A DNA stretch of 64,000 bases from Narcine bancroftii. Lineage: Eukaryota. The DNA is taken from positions 216,442,001 to 216,506,000 of the forward strand of contig NC_091474.1 in the NCBI RefSeq assembly GCF_036971445.1, given 5' to 3'. The position numbers and the translations under genes were made by a program. The notes below the pieces were generated by a model. It worked only from the letters and a program-made list of their open reading frames with translations. It had not been told where the DNA came from and did not search any database. Positions 48,338 through 60,027 of the stretch are shown piece after piece; position 1 is the stretch's first letter; each line of letters starts with the position of its first letter.

Positions 48338-49269
48338 AATCTGTTAAAAACATCAAGTACCATATTTTCCAAGAAACTCTCAGACTATTCATTTGAAGGC
48401 AATTTTCAACAAAGGGGATACATGGTTTAATGGTTTGACACAATTGGTGTCAATGGAGGAAAATCCATTTTATTCTGTATTTGCGATTTGGTAATGCATT
48501 AGTACACAGAGATGCAAAGTTTAATACAAGTTGAAGATGGATCCCGCCCCCAGTACACATGCAGGCATATATACATAACACTCTTCCCCCATCCCACCCA
48601 TGAAATAAATGCTTTGTAAAAATAACATATGGGCAACACTTAATCCAAATTATGATAACTACATGCTGCCCGAAGACTGATGTTTAGGATTACAATTACA
48701 GTTAACACAAGTATGAGACGATAGACCAGCCAGTCCTTTAGTTGTTCTGGAGGATGTTTCTCCCTTCTGGATCATCTTAGAGAATTAGAAGCTGTCAGGA
48801 CACTTTCTGACTTTTCCATGCTCGGCCTTCTTGGGTAGGACCTCAGCTGGTGGTAAGGATGATGAACTTGGTCTTTGGCAAACCCCATTGGGACTTTTCA
48901 TAGGTCTGTGCTGTTGGGTAGGATTTTGTGTAAGACTGCTCTGTGGAGCCATAGGGCTGCTCAGTTGAGCAGTTAACATTGAAGGAGACTTGTTTTTCAA
49001 ATATATTTATGGAACATCGACAGTAAGTCCTGGAATCTCGTCTGAAATCTCATCAGGGTTTTGCACAATGGGCATGGCCATAGGATCGTCCACTGCTGTC
49101 AATTGGGTTATGTGTTTTTTTGTTTTTTTTTACTTTGAGAGAGAAGCTTTATTTAAAATTTTCAAACAAAACTTACAAAATCCATAAAATAAAAATTAAA
49201 ACTAAAACTACAACTTTCCCACCCCTATCCCCGCAACAAACTAAATTCATAACATAAACCCATTAAAAG

Positions 49270-50590
49270 TAAAACTGGATCTCGTGTTGTGCAATGAGAT
49301 AGGTAGAGTAAATGGTGTAATATCAGAGACCATCTGGGAAATAGCGATCATAGTATGATTGAATTTCTCTTTCAGATGGAAGGGGAAATAGTTAGATCTA
49401 AAACTAATATATTATGCTTAAACAGGGGTGACTACCATAGGATGAGGGAGGAATTGGGCAGAGCGGACTGGGAGCACTGGCTAATTGATGAAACAGTTGA
49501 GAAACAGTGGAAGATTTTCAAAGAAATATTTTTCATGCTCAACAAAAATATATTCCGGTCAGGAAAAAGGTCAGCAAGGGAGGGAAAAATCAACCATGGT
49601 TAACAAAGGAAATAAAAAGGAAAGTATAAAATTGAAGGTGCAAGTGTACAAAGCTGCAAAGAGCAGTGGGAAACTAGAAGATGGGATAACTTTAAGAGAC
49701 AACAAGGGGTTACAAAGCGGGTAATAAGAAATAGGAAAAAGGATTATGAAAGTAAATTGGCACAAAATATAAAAACAGAAAGCAAAAAATTTTATAAATA
49801 TATAAAACAGAAGAGGATGGCCAGAGTTAACATAGGACCCTTGGAGGATGAGAAAGGAAAACTGGTAGCAAAAAATGAGGAAATGGCCGAGGCATTGAAC
49901 AAATATTTTGCGTCAGTCTTCACGGTGGAAGACCACCCAAGTGCGGAGTTAAGGATGCGAATGTTGGGGAGGGCCTTGATAAAATAGTTATTACAAAGGA
50001 AGTAGTGATGGAGAAACTAATGGGAATAAAGCCAGACAAATCACCTGGTCCTGATGATATGCATCCAAGGGTTCTGAAGGAAATGGCAGAAGTTATAGTT
50101 GATGCATTGGTGGTCATATACCAAAATTCCTTGGATTCTGGGCAGGTCCCGGCAGACTGGAAGACAGCAAATGTCATGCCACTTTTTAAGAAGGGATGTA
50201 GGCAGAAGACTGGAAATTATCAGCCAATTAGCTTGATGTATGTGGTTGGAAAAATGCTTGAAGCCGTCATTAAAGATGAAATAGTGAAACTTTTGGAACT
50301 TAAGGGTTCAATCAGGCAGACGCCTGGTTTTAGAAAGGGAAGATCTTGTTTGACAAACTTGTTAGGGTTCTTTGAGGATATAATGGGTGCAGTGGATAGA
50401 GGGGAACAGGTTGATGTTGTATATTTGGATTTCCAGAAAGCGTTTGATAAGGTGCTGCACAAGAGTCTTATCAGTAAGTTACAGGAAAGTGGAGTCCGGG
50501 AAAGTATGTTGGCCTGGTTGAAAATTGGTTGTCTGACAGGAGGCAGAGAGTTGGGATAATTTGGAGTTTTTCATGTTGGCAGAGAGAGGC
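49270..50590 (+). mobile_element. CR1 ORF2 internal fragment (EN end to RT start)
   Basis: LDLVLCNE, HLGNSDH, FYKYIKQKR, KSPGPDDMHPRVLKE, NYQPISL, YLDFQKAFDKV. Confidence 0.9.
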
Positions 50591-50594
50591 ACAG

Positions 50595-50806
50595 ATGACC
50601 TGTCTCCAGTCCATTTATTTCATGAAATCATTTTAATTAGCACCTACCTGTGAAATGTGCATAGCATTCTCCATAGTTTCTGTAAAGTCACTGAATATGA
50701 TTCTTCTGTATTTCAAATAAGATCTGCTTTAAAATGTGTGTATGTATGTAACCTACTCTAATTTTACCAATTTATCTCCCAAAAACATTCCCAAATATTC
50801 CATCAT
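50595..50806 (-). mobile_element. Fragment of LTR B family terminus
   Basis: GATCTGCTTT...ACCTAC...CCAATTTATCTCCCAAAA matches 18508-18576. Confidence 0.6.
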
Positions 50807-52833
50807 AGTAGGAATGATTGTTCTGGTTCCCCACAATAAACAACCTTCCTCAATTGATATTTCATGGCACCTTGTACAATAAGGTTTTAGTTCTTCCAAT
50901 AATGGTTCAGCCCCAGGCCTCCCACTTGACGTGAAGTAAAAGACCCTTGATAATATAGCTTCTTTTCATCCTTCTTTGCTGTAATTGGTAAACGATCAAT
51001 CTGTTCTTAATTCACAGCTGTAGCCTCCAATATCCATTTAATTATTTTGTCTTCCTGCTCCATTTCCAGTAGAGGTAGTGAGATAGAGCATCTGTATGGT
51101 TGTTTTGTGTTGTTGGTTTATGTTTCAAATCTTAATCATGTGCAGCTTGCAGCATGGCCCACCTTTCAATTCATTTTTTAGGGCCTAAAATTAAACTCAA
51201 TCATTTGTTGTCTGTTACCAATGTGAACTTCCTACCATATAAGTATTGGTAGAACTGTTTGACACTAAATATTATGCTAAGCCCCTTTTTTTCCAGCTGG
51301 TCATAACTATGTTCACAAATCATCAAAGATCGGGAGTAATAAACCACTGGTGTTTCCCTTTTACCATTACCTGTGATTGCACCACTCCTACTCCCACTGG
51401 CGAAGCATCCCCTGCAAGGGTCATTTCTTTTCCTGGATCATAGTGGATGAGAACAGTGCCATTGCATGTTAGTAGTTCTATCAAGCGGTCTGCTGCATAC
51501 CAGTCTCTTCATTCCAGTACCATTTATTTTTTCTGACAATTGATTTAGCAGTTTGCAGAGTGTTGACGTATTTAGAATATATGTTGGGTAATGGTTAACT
51601 AAACCCAAGAATGCCTGCAATTTGGCTCGGTTTGTTGTGTATGGTTCTCTGCAGACAGCTTTGGTACTAGCAGTGTCTATATGTGAGAGAAGGTACCATA
51701 AATGCACACTTGTCCTGTTGCAGATGGACGTTTGCTGTTGCAGTTGGGTTAGGACCTTTTTTGAGGTTGGATAGGTGCTCAAAGTCATCCTGGCATGTAA
51801 TTATGATGCTATTGCGGTAACATCATACTTTGATGCCATGTAATAATTTGTCCATGATATAGAGGGGTGGTCTTTGTGGATGTTTTTTATATTGGATGTT
51901 CATGCTGCACATCCCAAATACTGTTACGTTATCCCCTGTGATTGTCTTTAAATCGTACTTTTTTAAAATGTGGAGCTGAGTTAACATTTGTTATTTTAAA
52001 CACCTTGGCATTGGTGACACTGCTGCCCTTTGTGTCCAGCTCCATTCAAAGAGGTTCATTGTTGATTTTCAACTGGATATAGATTGCTGAGTTTTTATCA
52101 TTTAATCCACGAATATACATGATCTCTGATTTTTTCTTTTTGTCTTCCTTTAAGTCATTTGTTTTCTTGCCAGTGCAGGGGCTTTCATCCTTTTCTTCCA
52201 CTGTTTTCACCCCAGATGGGCATTTTCCATGTTTTGGTTTCTAGTTTTTATTCATTTTTTCTTTTTTACCCCTTGGGCATCTGGCCCTGATGTGTCCTTC
52301 CTTATCACAGAGATGACATCTGTATTTCTTGAAATAACAATCATTCGAATTATGGTTGTATATTGTGCAGCGGAAGCATTCTTGGTGGGAAAATTTCCCA
52401 GCTCATAAATCTCTTTGGCCAATGTCCAAGTTTTTAATTGGCCATTTCTGAGCCAGAAGCTGTCTTAAATGCTAATTCAAGTGTTTCATCCTCCATACTT
52501 AGTCATTTTTGTTTGGTATTGTGGTTGGCTAATCCTAGGACTAAACGGTCTCATAATGCTTGGTTTAAGAATTGATCAAAATCAGTGTTTTGCTAGTTTA
52601 CATAATACAGCCAAGTATTCACTTACAGATTTGCCTGCTCTTTGTTTTCCATCATAAAATTGGGACTTAGATGAGCTCCTATTGTTGTACACATCTGTGT
52701 GTATGATTTTCTTCCCAGATTCTCAGGTACAAGCAGGGATTTGAGAAGATCAAATGTTTTACTTTCCATTAGGCTCAAAAACAGTGACTATTTTTGGTTT
52801 ATAGGCAATGTTTCATCAATATGGATTAGTAAT

Positions 52834-53148
52834 TAATGTAAGGCTCCCATACTTGTTCGAATATTTCAATATTATTTCTTAAACCTACCGGGGACAAACA
52901 TTACCTAAGTTGATGGAAGGAGAAGGAAAGAAAAGAATGGACTCAGTAGAATTTCTGGTGTATTTTTGTTGAATGACAACATTGTCTGACTGGTTTAATG
53001 CAACCTAGATTGTATACCTAAAATGGATGAGAGGGGGGGATGGGGGGGTGGCTTGGGAGGAGGGGGGGGGGAGAAAAAGTCACTGTATATGTGTGAAAAA
53101 GAAAAAGTGTATATCACGGCTAATGTGATTTATGGTGTGAAAAAAAAA
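52834..53148 (+). mobile_element. L1/Tx1 3' end with poly(A) and 16-bp TSD
   Basis: AATATGGATTAGTAAT at 52818-52833 and 53149-53164; G-rich UTR; poly(A) at 53140-53150. Confidence 0.85.
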
Positions 53149-53211
53149 AATATGGATTAGTAATGATTAAGTATTTCTACATAGTTAAACCTGTTTTCTT
53201 CTGACTCCATA

Positions 53212-56200
53212 TGTAGAGGCTAAAATGATGTAGTTTATGTATTAGTATATTTACGGTACTGCTTGTTTAGAATTTTTACTAATTCTGTGAAGGCCATAGA
53301 GTGTCTGGTTTTTTTTTGAGAATGTGTGGAGCGGGAGTCAGGCAATTTGTCGCTGTGAATCAAGCAAGAAATCTTCTTTGATGGTCGGTAAGAACATGTT
53401 TCAATAATGCATGTTGACCTCAACCTCAAGTTATAGTATTTCAAATATCACAAACTATCTTAACTATTTCAAGTTATCAAGTAATTTCAAAGAATTGTAA
53501 TAATTAACTATGTTTCTACATTGAAAAAATCGTATTCTATCAAAGATGAAATGCCACACAGTTCAAAATTGCATTTACATCAGTAAACAATATTAAACTG
53601 AACTTATTGTTGGATTTTGTTATGGAACAGGGAACAAGATGAGCGTCAGTAATATAAGTTAAACATACAAACATTAAGAACATATTGTCAACAAAAAGAT
53701 GCTGATTGTGGATTGAAATTTGTTATGAAGAAAGAGATATTTGAATTCAAAAATTCCATGTAAACCAATTGAATCTGTCTGCAAGCTTTGGAATGTTCAG
53801 AGTTTGTAATTGAGCCTAAACCAGCTTACTGCTTTGTAAATGACCTTGAAGATGAGGAGTTTGCTCTCGACTGTTTGTCTGCAGCGGAGGTTACCAGGTT
53901 GTGAAGATTCTTAAAGGAGCCACGTCACTGCTTCATGCCAGGTTTTCTACAAAGGAAAGGTTTTGTGTCTGAACCAAGTTGGAGGAACCAGGCCTTGGCT
54001 TCCAGCCGAAGACAAGCTGCTGCGATTCGCCAGCTTATGATCCTTCACGGAGCCGAGGGTTCAGGAGCTTAAGGTCAAATTGCGACAGCACGGTTTGAAC
54101 ATAGAAGGAGCTAAAGCAGTCCTGATGGAAAGACTGTTGGTTGCAGTAGAAGCAATCAGCAACTGTCAAGAGCAAATGGCATCTGATGGACAGCTAGCCA
54201 GTGGCTGGGAAATGGCTCAATGAGTGTCACAAGAATGTGAGAAGGAAGTGGAACTGTTGAAAGATGTATCTGATCCCAAGGAAAAGATAAACATCACAAT
54301 GTCATATGACTTGCGAGAGGAAATACAGCCAGAAGACAGTGTGTCAAATGCAGGAAGTAAAAGAAGTTTGAATGCAAGTTTAATTTACTCTTACTTTACT
54401 CAAGGTTTCGAGTACTGCATTAAGGTGTGAAAAGGCATGTGTTAATATGGCTGCTGTTTATGCAAAGGAAAAGACACAAAGATAAACAGGCTTTAGATGA
54501 ATGGGAGTTACAACAAAGGGGGTAACTAAGAGCACAAGAGGATCAGGAAGACCACATCAAGAAGAAAAGACTGCAGCAGGAGATGCAAGCAAACATTGCT
54601 GCTGCTAAGGCCACAATGAAGATATTAGATACTTCAGAAGAATCTCAAATTATAACCTACGTCGCAAGTATCTATTAGTAAAGAAGCACATTTTGAATAA
54701 GGACAACGTGAAAGGGAAATGTATAATGTTGTGCAGCAGCCATAAGTTACGCGCCAGTCTGAACAAACTGTGGTAAGACTGATAATTTACAAATGCCAGT
54801 GGAGATCACAGGAGATAGAGGTACAAGTGAAGGCCGTTCTCCTTACAGTGAGTACTTGACATTGCCATCAGCCAGGAATACAGGTGAAAGAATGGAAAGG
54901 CCAGTCCCAACGACATTACCTGGAGGGCAAAGAGATGTACACGCAAGCTTGAAAAGGCAACCAGAATTGGTTTCATCGGTAACACAGCTGCACCTCTTTG
55001 TTTTCTTTGCCTAAAACAGAAGTTCATGTTTTTATTGATGATTTATTACGGTATCGAATGTTCAAGATATCCTTTGAATGTGGTATTGAAAGAAAAATTC
55101 AAGATCCAGTGGAACGTCGATTTTATTTAGAACAGTTTACAAGTGGATTACCAAGGAATGTCATCTTATACCACCATCAGGATTTAAAGAAGCCAAGAGG
55201 TTACTGAAGAAACACTTTAGCAGTGAGCATAAGATTGCCACAGCATGTAAGGAAAAGATTCTTTCATGGTCATCAATTAGACCAGAGGACACAAAATGTT
55301 TACAAGCTTACACTTTGTTTCTAAGAGCATGTTGTAATGCTACAGCTGAAATTGACTATGTGCAGGAGCTTAATATATCTGCAAATTTGGAGATTATTAT
55401 AAGAGGAGAGAATTATGGAGAGTTTTCATTAATGAATATCAGAAAAGATATGAGTGAGAAGTTACTTTTATATTTATGGAGGAACAAATGGATATTGTAA
55501 TGAATCCAGTATATGGTGATAGCAAAGACATTTTTACTACAAGTAAAGATGAAAAGAAGTATAAGGCACAATCTTGTCAAAAAATAAAGGGAAGTGCTGT
55601 TGAGAATAAAGGGAAGAAATTTGGAGTGAAGGAAAAGGAATAGAAGCCTGGTGAGAAGAGTTGTTTGCTCTGTAAAAGAAGTTGGACACGTTTTGGAAAC
55701 ATGATTTGACACACTTTGGAAACATGCTTTCACGTGCTTTGGAAACATGCTTTGACATGCTCTGTCATGCTTTGGAAATATGCTTTGATGTGCTTTGGAA
55801 ACATGCTTTGACGTGCTTTGGAAACGCTTTGACACGCTTTGGAAACATGCTTTGACAGGCTTTGGAAACATGCTTTGACAGGCTTTGGAAACATGCTTTG
55901 ATGTGCTTTGGAAACATGCTTTGACGTGCTTTGGAAACATGCTTTGAAAACATGCTTTGACATGCTTTGGAAACATGCTTTGATGTGCTTTGGAAACATG
56001 CTTTGACACGCTTTGGAAACATGCTTTGACGTGCTTTGGAAACATACTTTGACGTGCTTTGGAAACATCTTCACAACATGAGAAGATGATGCATAATGAC
56101 AAAAATTACCTTTTTTTTGAAGGAAAATTAGATATGTTTTGACTGTTTGTGTAAAGGATACATCAGCAAAGATTGCAAGAAATGACCCAGCTGCAGTATT

Positions 56201-59200
56201 TGCAATTTGAGGCATCCTAGGAAACAGCATAATTTTCAAGAAAAGAAAGTAACAGAAAGGGAGCAAAATGAAACCAAGAAAGCAGATAAACAAGAGGACC
56301 AAGTCCCAGTACAAAGCAGTGGTCTTACAGGAGGCGGTGAAAATGATTGCAAACTTCCTATAGTGCCTGTACAAGTCAAGTCCAATTAAAGGAGAAGCAA
56401 TAATATAGAAATATGCATTGCTTGATGCAGGTAGTACTGCATCATTTTGTACAGAGGAATTAATGAACAAGCTCAAGCTACAAAGAAATAAGTCAAAAAT
56501 TATTTTGCAGACTATGGGTCAAGAAAAGCTTATAGAAACTAATTTAGTTTTAAATTTAGAAATTAATTTTATGATCTTTATATATACACACATATATAAA
56601 TACACATATACATACATGCTGAAAACTATACCTGTTCACACAGAAAATATCCCACATCTAAATTATAGCAAACATTGGTCTTATCTTAGGGAAGTTTATT
56701 TATCTGAAATTAATTCTGAGATAGAGATGTTGGTTTGTTTAGATGTACTAAAGGCTTTGGAAGCATTGGCAGTAATAGAGTGTGGGAGAAGGACCTTAAG
56801 CAGTGAAAACTACACTTGGGTGGACAATCAGTGGACCAATAGGTGGAAGAAATAAGGTTCAAGATCCATATGATGGAACTGCTTGCAAGATATCAGTTGT
56901 TAAGATGGAAGAATTATGGGAATAGCTGTTCAAGAATGGTTTTCCAAAGTACTGTAAAGATGATCATGAACCTTCAAAGGAAGATCAGCAGTTTTTGGAG
57001 AAGGTCTCAAGATCTGCTAAGGTAATGGATGATCATTATTGTATTGGACTACTATTAAAGAAAGAAAACATATGCATAGCAGACAATAACTGTACAACTG
57101 AACAGTGTGTGTTGAATTTAAAGGGAAGATGTAAGAAAGATATCTCCTTTTTCTAGACTAAACCAAGAGTATGTCTGATATGATAACCAAAAGCTATGCG
57201 GAAAAGGTACCAGATGATGATTTAGAACGTATTGATGGTATATATAAAAAAATGGTATTTACCACACCATCGAGTTTGGCATCCAAAGAAGTAAAAAAAA
57301 GTTTGATTGTGGAGTGGCATTTTATGGCGTATCTTTAAATTCACAACCTTTACAAGGGCCAAATTTAACCAGCTCATTGATCAGCATTTTAACTAAATTC
57401 CATAAAAATCTGTTATCATCTCTGTAGACATTGAAGCAATGTTTCATCAAGTAGAAGTACCAAGGATAGATCATGATTTATTACAGTTTCTTTGGTGGCC
57501 TGATGGAAATTATAATAAGAGTGCAGTGGAATAATATAGAATAAAATTCCAATTATTTGAATCAACTTCATCATCAAGTTTTGTGAATTATGCCCTGAGG
57601 AAGTGTGCTGAAGTCAATAAGAATCAATTTAGCTTTCAAGCTATAAACCTATTGTGAATAACTTTTATGTTGATGACTGTTTGGTTTATGCCACTTCAAA
57701 AGAGGAGAAAATTACTCTATATTGAGATCTACAAGTATTAGTTCCAAAGGAGGGTTTTTATTTACCAAATGGATAAGTAACAGTCATTCTGTATTGGCTA
57801 AAATTGCTGATGCACAAAGGCAACAAAAAAAAAATTGGATTTAAAACGTGACGACCTTCCTGTAGAGAGAGTGTGAGGAGTACAATGGTGTGCTCAATCT
57901 GATGTTTTCAAGTTCAAGTTTATCTTGAAAGACAGACCTGCTACCAGAAGGGGGATCTTGTCTGTAAGTAGTTCGATATTTGATCCCTTAGGAATACTGG
58001 CACCATTTGTCCTAATTGCTAAGAAAACCTGCAAGATTTGTGTAAAAAAGGAATTGGATTGGATGATGTTATACCTGACTGTAATGAACAAGAATGGTTG
58101 TGTTGGAATCAAGATCTTTACAAGCTGGAATACTTTAAAGTTGACAGTGACACTACTGCATCATTTTGCTGATGCGTATGAAGATGGTTACGGAACTGTC
58201 AGCTATTATTGCGTAATAATAGATGAGCTTCATTGTGGATTTGTTATGGCCAAAGCAAGGGTGGCACCATTAAAGCCAACCACTATTCCTCAAATGGAAT
58301 TGGTAGCAGCTACTATGGCAAGTCTAAAGGGAATGGCCGATGGAACGATTAGACTCAATTTTTTGGACCGATAGTACTCCTGTACTTAAATATATTAACA
58401 ATAAAACTACAAGTTTTCTGACATTTGTAGCTAAGAGAATTATAGTGATTGATAAGGATTCAAATTCAATGGCGATTTGTTAATGCAGTTTACAATAAAG
58501 CTGATTGGACTTCGCAAGGTTTAAAGACCCAAGCCTTTTTGAAAAAGAAAATGTGGATTTCTGGACCTTAATTTTTGAAACAATCTCAGAAAGTATGGTC
58601 TCAAAAACCTCAGGGATTGAGAGCAATTTCCATTGAGGATCCTGAAGTCAAAAGCATGAATGCTTCTCAAATACAGAGTGAAGAAGTCGATTCATTAGCT
58701 CATTTGATTCATTATTTTTCATCTTGGCATCATTTGAAAAGGGCTGCAGCTTGGATGTTAAAATTTAAAGAGCTACTTCTTCATTGTAGCAAAGAAGACA
58801 AAAAAAAAATCAGGCGATGCTTTTGTTCAGAATCAGTTAAATAACTTAGAACAACAAGATCTATCACAAAAGAAGACTTTGAAAACCAGATCGTTTACAA
58901 TTAAAGAACTGGAAAATGCTGAAATTGAAATTAGCTGCTTTTGTCAGAAGATTTTACTGATGAAATATCATGTTTGAAAAAAAAAGCAATAAATATCAGT
59001 AAAACAAGTAATATTTGAAATCTTTATCCCATTCTGAGAGTAGGTGGATGTCTATGCAGAGCTGCTATACCAGGAAAAAATAAACAACCAGTGATATTGA
59101 CCAAAGATTTTTACATCTCTGATACGATTCTTCATCATATTCATAAGGAAGGAGGACATGGTGGTTGTATCCATATATTATTCAAATTACATCAGAAATA

Positions 59201-59935
59201 TTGGATTCTAAATGCTACAGAAAAAAATTAGCAAAACCTTATCCGATTATCGAAAAAGTTAATTCGCTCAGTAAGAAAAATTCTTAATTTTACATTAAAG
59301 ATACAAAATCTTGATGAAGAAGATCTTCACTTGTGTGAGATTGAAGCTAGTCTCTCAAGAGCCATCCAATTACTAGGGCCTCCACAAATCCAAATGATTT
59401 CGAAGCTCTTGCTCCAAATTACCTTCTACTTTTTAAGTCTAAGCCATGAATGCCACCTGGACAATTTTATAAGGAAGACCTATATTCTCGCCGCAGATGG
59501 AAACAAGTCCAATTTATGTCAGATTTGATTTGGAAAAGCTGGGTGAAAGATTATCCTCCTATGTTACAAGAATGACAATAATGGTTTAATCCTAAGTGTA
59601 AATTCTCATAATGATACTGCGATCATTGTGGGTGATTCGGCTCCTTGCAATTCATGGCCGATCATGAAATTTGTTGACACTTTTCAAGACAAGCAAGGGT
59701 TCATTCATCATCAAAACTAAAACCATTTTTAAAACATTCAGCCGATTACCAAAATTTGTCTTTTACTAGATAATGAGAATTCTAACAATTTTAATAATTG
59801 ATTTGTTACCATGTATTCTTCTGATTTATTTGTTTTAGTAATTATTATTTTAATCATGATAATTAGGGGCCATAAAGTTGGAGGTAAAATGAGAGACTTT
59901 CTGTATTTGTATATTTAAGGTACTGCTTGTTTATT
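53212..59935 (+). mobile_element. Decayed BEL/Pao LTR retrotransposon, near full length (5' LTR about 53212-53951; 3' LTR start about 59876, cut by L1)
   Basis: IQPEDSVSN, RFYLEQFTSG, three Gag knuckles, protease [81 protein letters not shown]; LTR starts match (GTATATTTA.GGTACTGCTTGTTTA at about 53245 and 59909); PPT TAATTAGGGGCC. Confidence 0.9.
55683..56069. repeat. 23-bp minisatellite (GCTTTGGAAACATGCTTTGACRY), about 17 units
   Basis: GGAAA anchors at 55695, 55718, 55741, 55774, 55797, 55820, 55841, 55864, 55887, 55910, 55933, 55969, 55992, 56015, 56038, 56061. Confidence 0.95.
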
Positions 59936-59987
59936 AGTTTAAAACCACACAATAAATCACATAATTAAAGATAATTCAAAACAATAC

Positions 59988-60027
<40 letters not shown>

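Larger units (their letters stand above)
48476..53211 (-). mobile_element. Decayed Gypsy LTR retrotransposon (gag, protease, RT, RNase H-IN linker, IN tail, PPT, 3' LTR), interrupted by other elements
   Basis: Gag FLSLMESKTFDLLKSLLVP; knuckles CFRC..H....C and CHLCDKEGHIRARC; protease MELDT; LQAFLGLVNHY; ISIEEGCLLWGTRTIIP; tail RREKHPPEQLKDW; PPT TGGGTGGGATGGGGGAAGAG then TGTTATG at 48580. Confidence 0.85.

Noticed and set aside
55683-56069. CRISPR-like array
   Set aside because: Units are contiguous with no unique spacers, there are no cas genes, and the context is eukaryotic.
55413-56476. Long repetitive ORFs (FPKHVKACFQS repeats) on the minus strand
   Set aside because: Artefacts of the stop-free 23-bp minisatellite, antisense to BEL gag.
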